Part shown: piece by piece, positions 63,775 to 64,000 of the stretch | Numbering within the stretch: position 1 is the first letter of the stretch | Layout: every line of letters starts with the position of its first letter | Assembly: GCA_965112155.1 (NCBI GenBank) | Contig: OZ218104.1 | Reading direction: 5' to 3' (one strand) | Length of the DNA stretch: 64,000 nucleotides | Source of the DNA: Podarcis liolepis | Taxonomy: Eukaryota | Translations under genes and position numbers: made by a program | Notes under the pieces: generated by a model | The model's input: the letters and a program-made list of their open reading frames with translations, nothing else | Told to the model about the DNA's origin: nothing | The model's database searches: none

Positions 63775-64000
63775 TTTTTTTTTTTTTTTTAATAATTTTT
63801 ATTAATTTTCCAAGCATATATAAAACAGAAAGTAAAACAAAACAATACAAAACATACAAACAAATAAACACGTATAATTTCTTAGACTTATTTTCATACA
63901 CCTTATTTCCCAGACTTCCCCATACCTCCCTTTTTCTGCATCCTTATGTTAGCCCTTTCTCAGCAACCCTTAGTTCAATTAATTCGCTCATTTTCATTTT
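63775..64000 (-). mobile_element. 3' end (poly-A tail and 3' UTR) of an L1-like LINE
   Basis: Long T run followed by tttatt (AATAAA on -); shares catacctcccttttt with the L1 3' UTR near 52490. Confidence 0.55.

Overview
Vertebrate genomic DNA. The Sauria SINEs and the repeat landscape point to a squamate, most likely a lacertid lizard (inference). Two convergent genes are present. The first is the last four coding exons of peroxisomal Lon protease LONP2 (+ strand, 5139-14300), ending in the PTS1 signal SKL. The second is the complete SIAH1 E3 ligase gene (- strand): a non-coding first exon in a CpG island near 47.2 kb, an alternative coding first exon at 33470-33560 giving the 313-aa long isoform, and the 282-aa main coding exon at 26251-27099. 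The rest is intronic or intergenic and rich in transposable elements: four Sauria SINEs of two subfamilies, a decayed Penelope-like retroelement (PLE), CR1, L2 and L1 fragments, and many hAT and Tc1/mariner MITEs. Most notable: two hammerhead-ribozyme-like motifs, one of them in SIAH1-sense orientation between the convergent genes; an upstream-ORF cluster with an AUGA stop/start overlap at the long SIAH1 isoform; a candidate distal SIAH1 poly(A) site facing LONP2; a chimeric local templated copy; and several foldback structures. Nearly all other ORFs in the supplied track are spurious. No database searches were run, so family names come from recognition of motifs.
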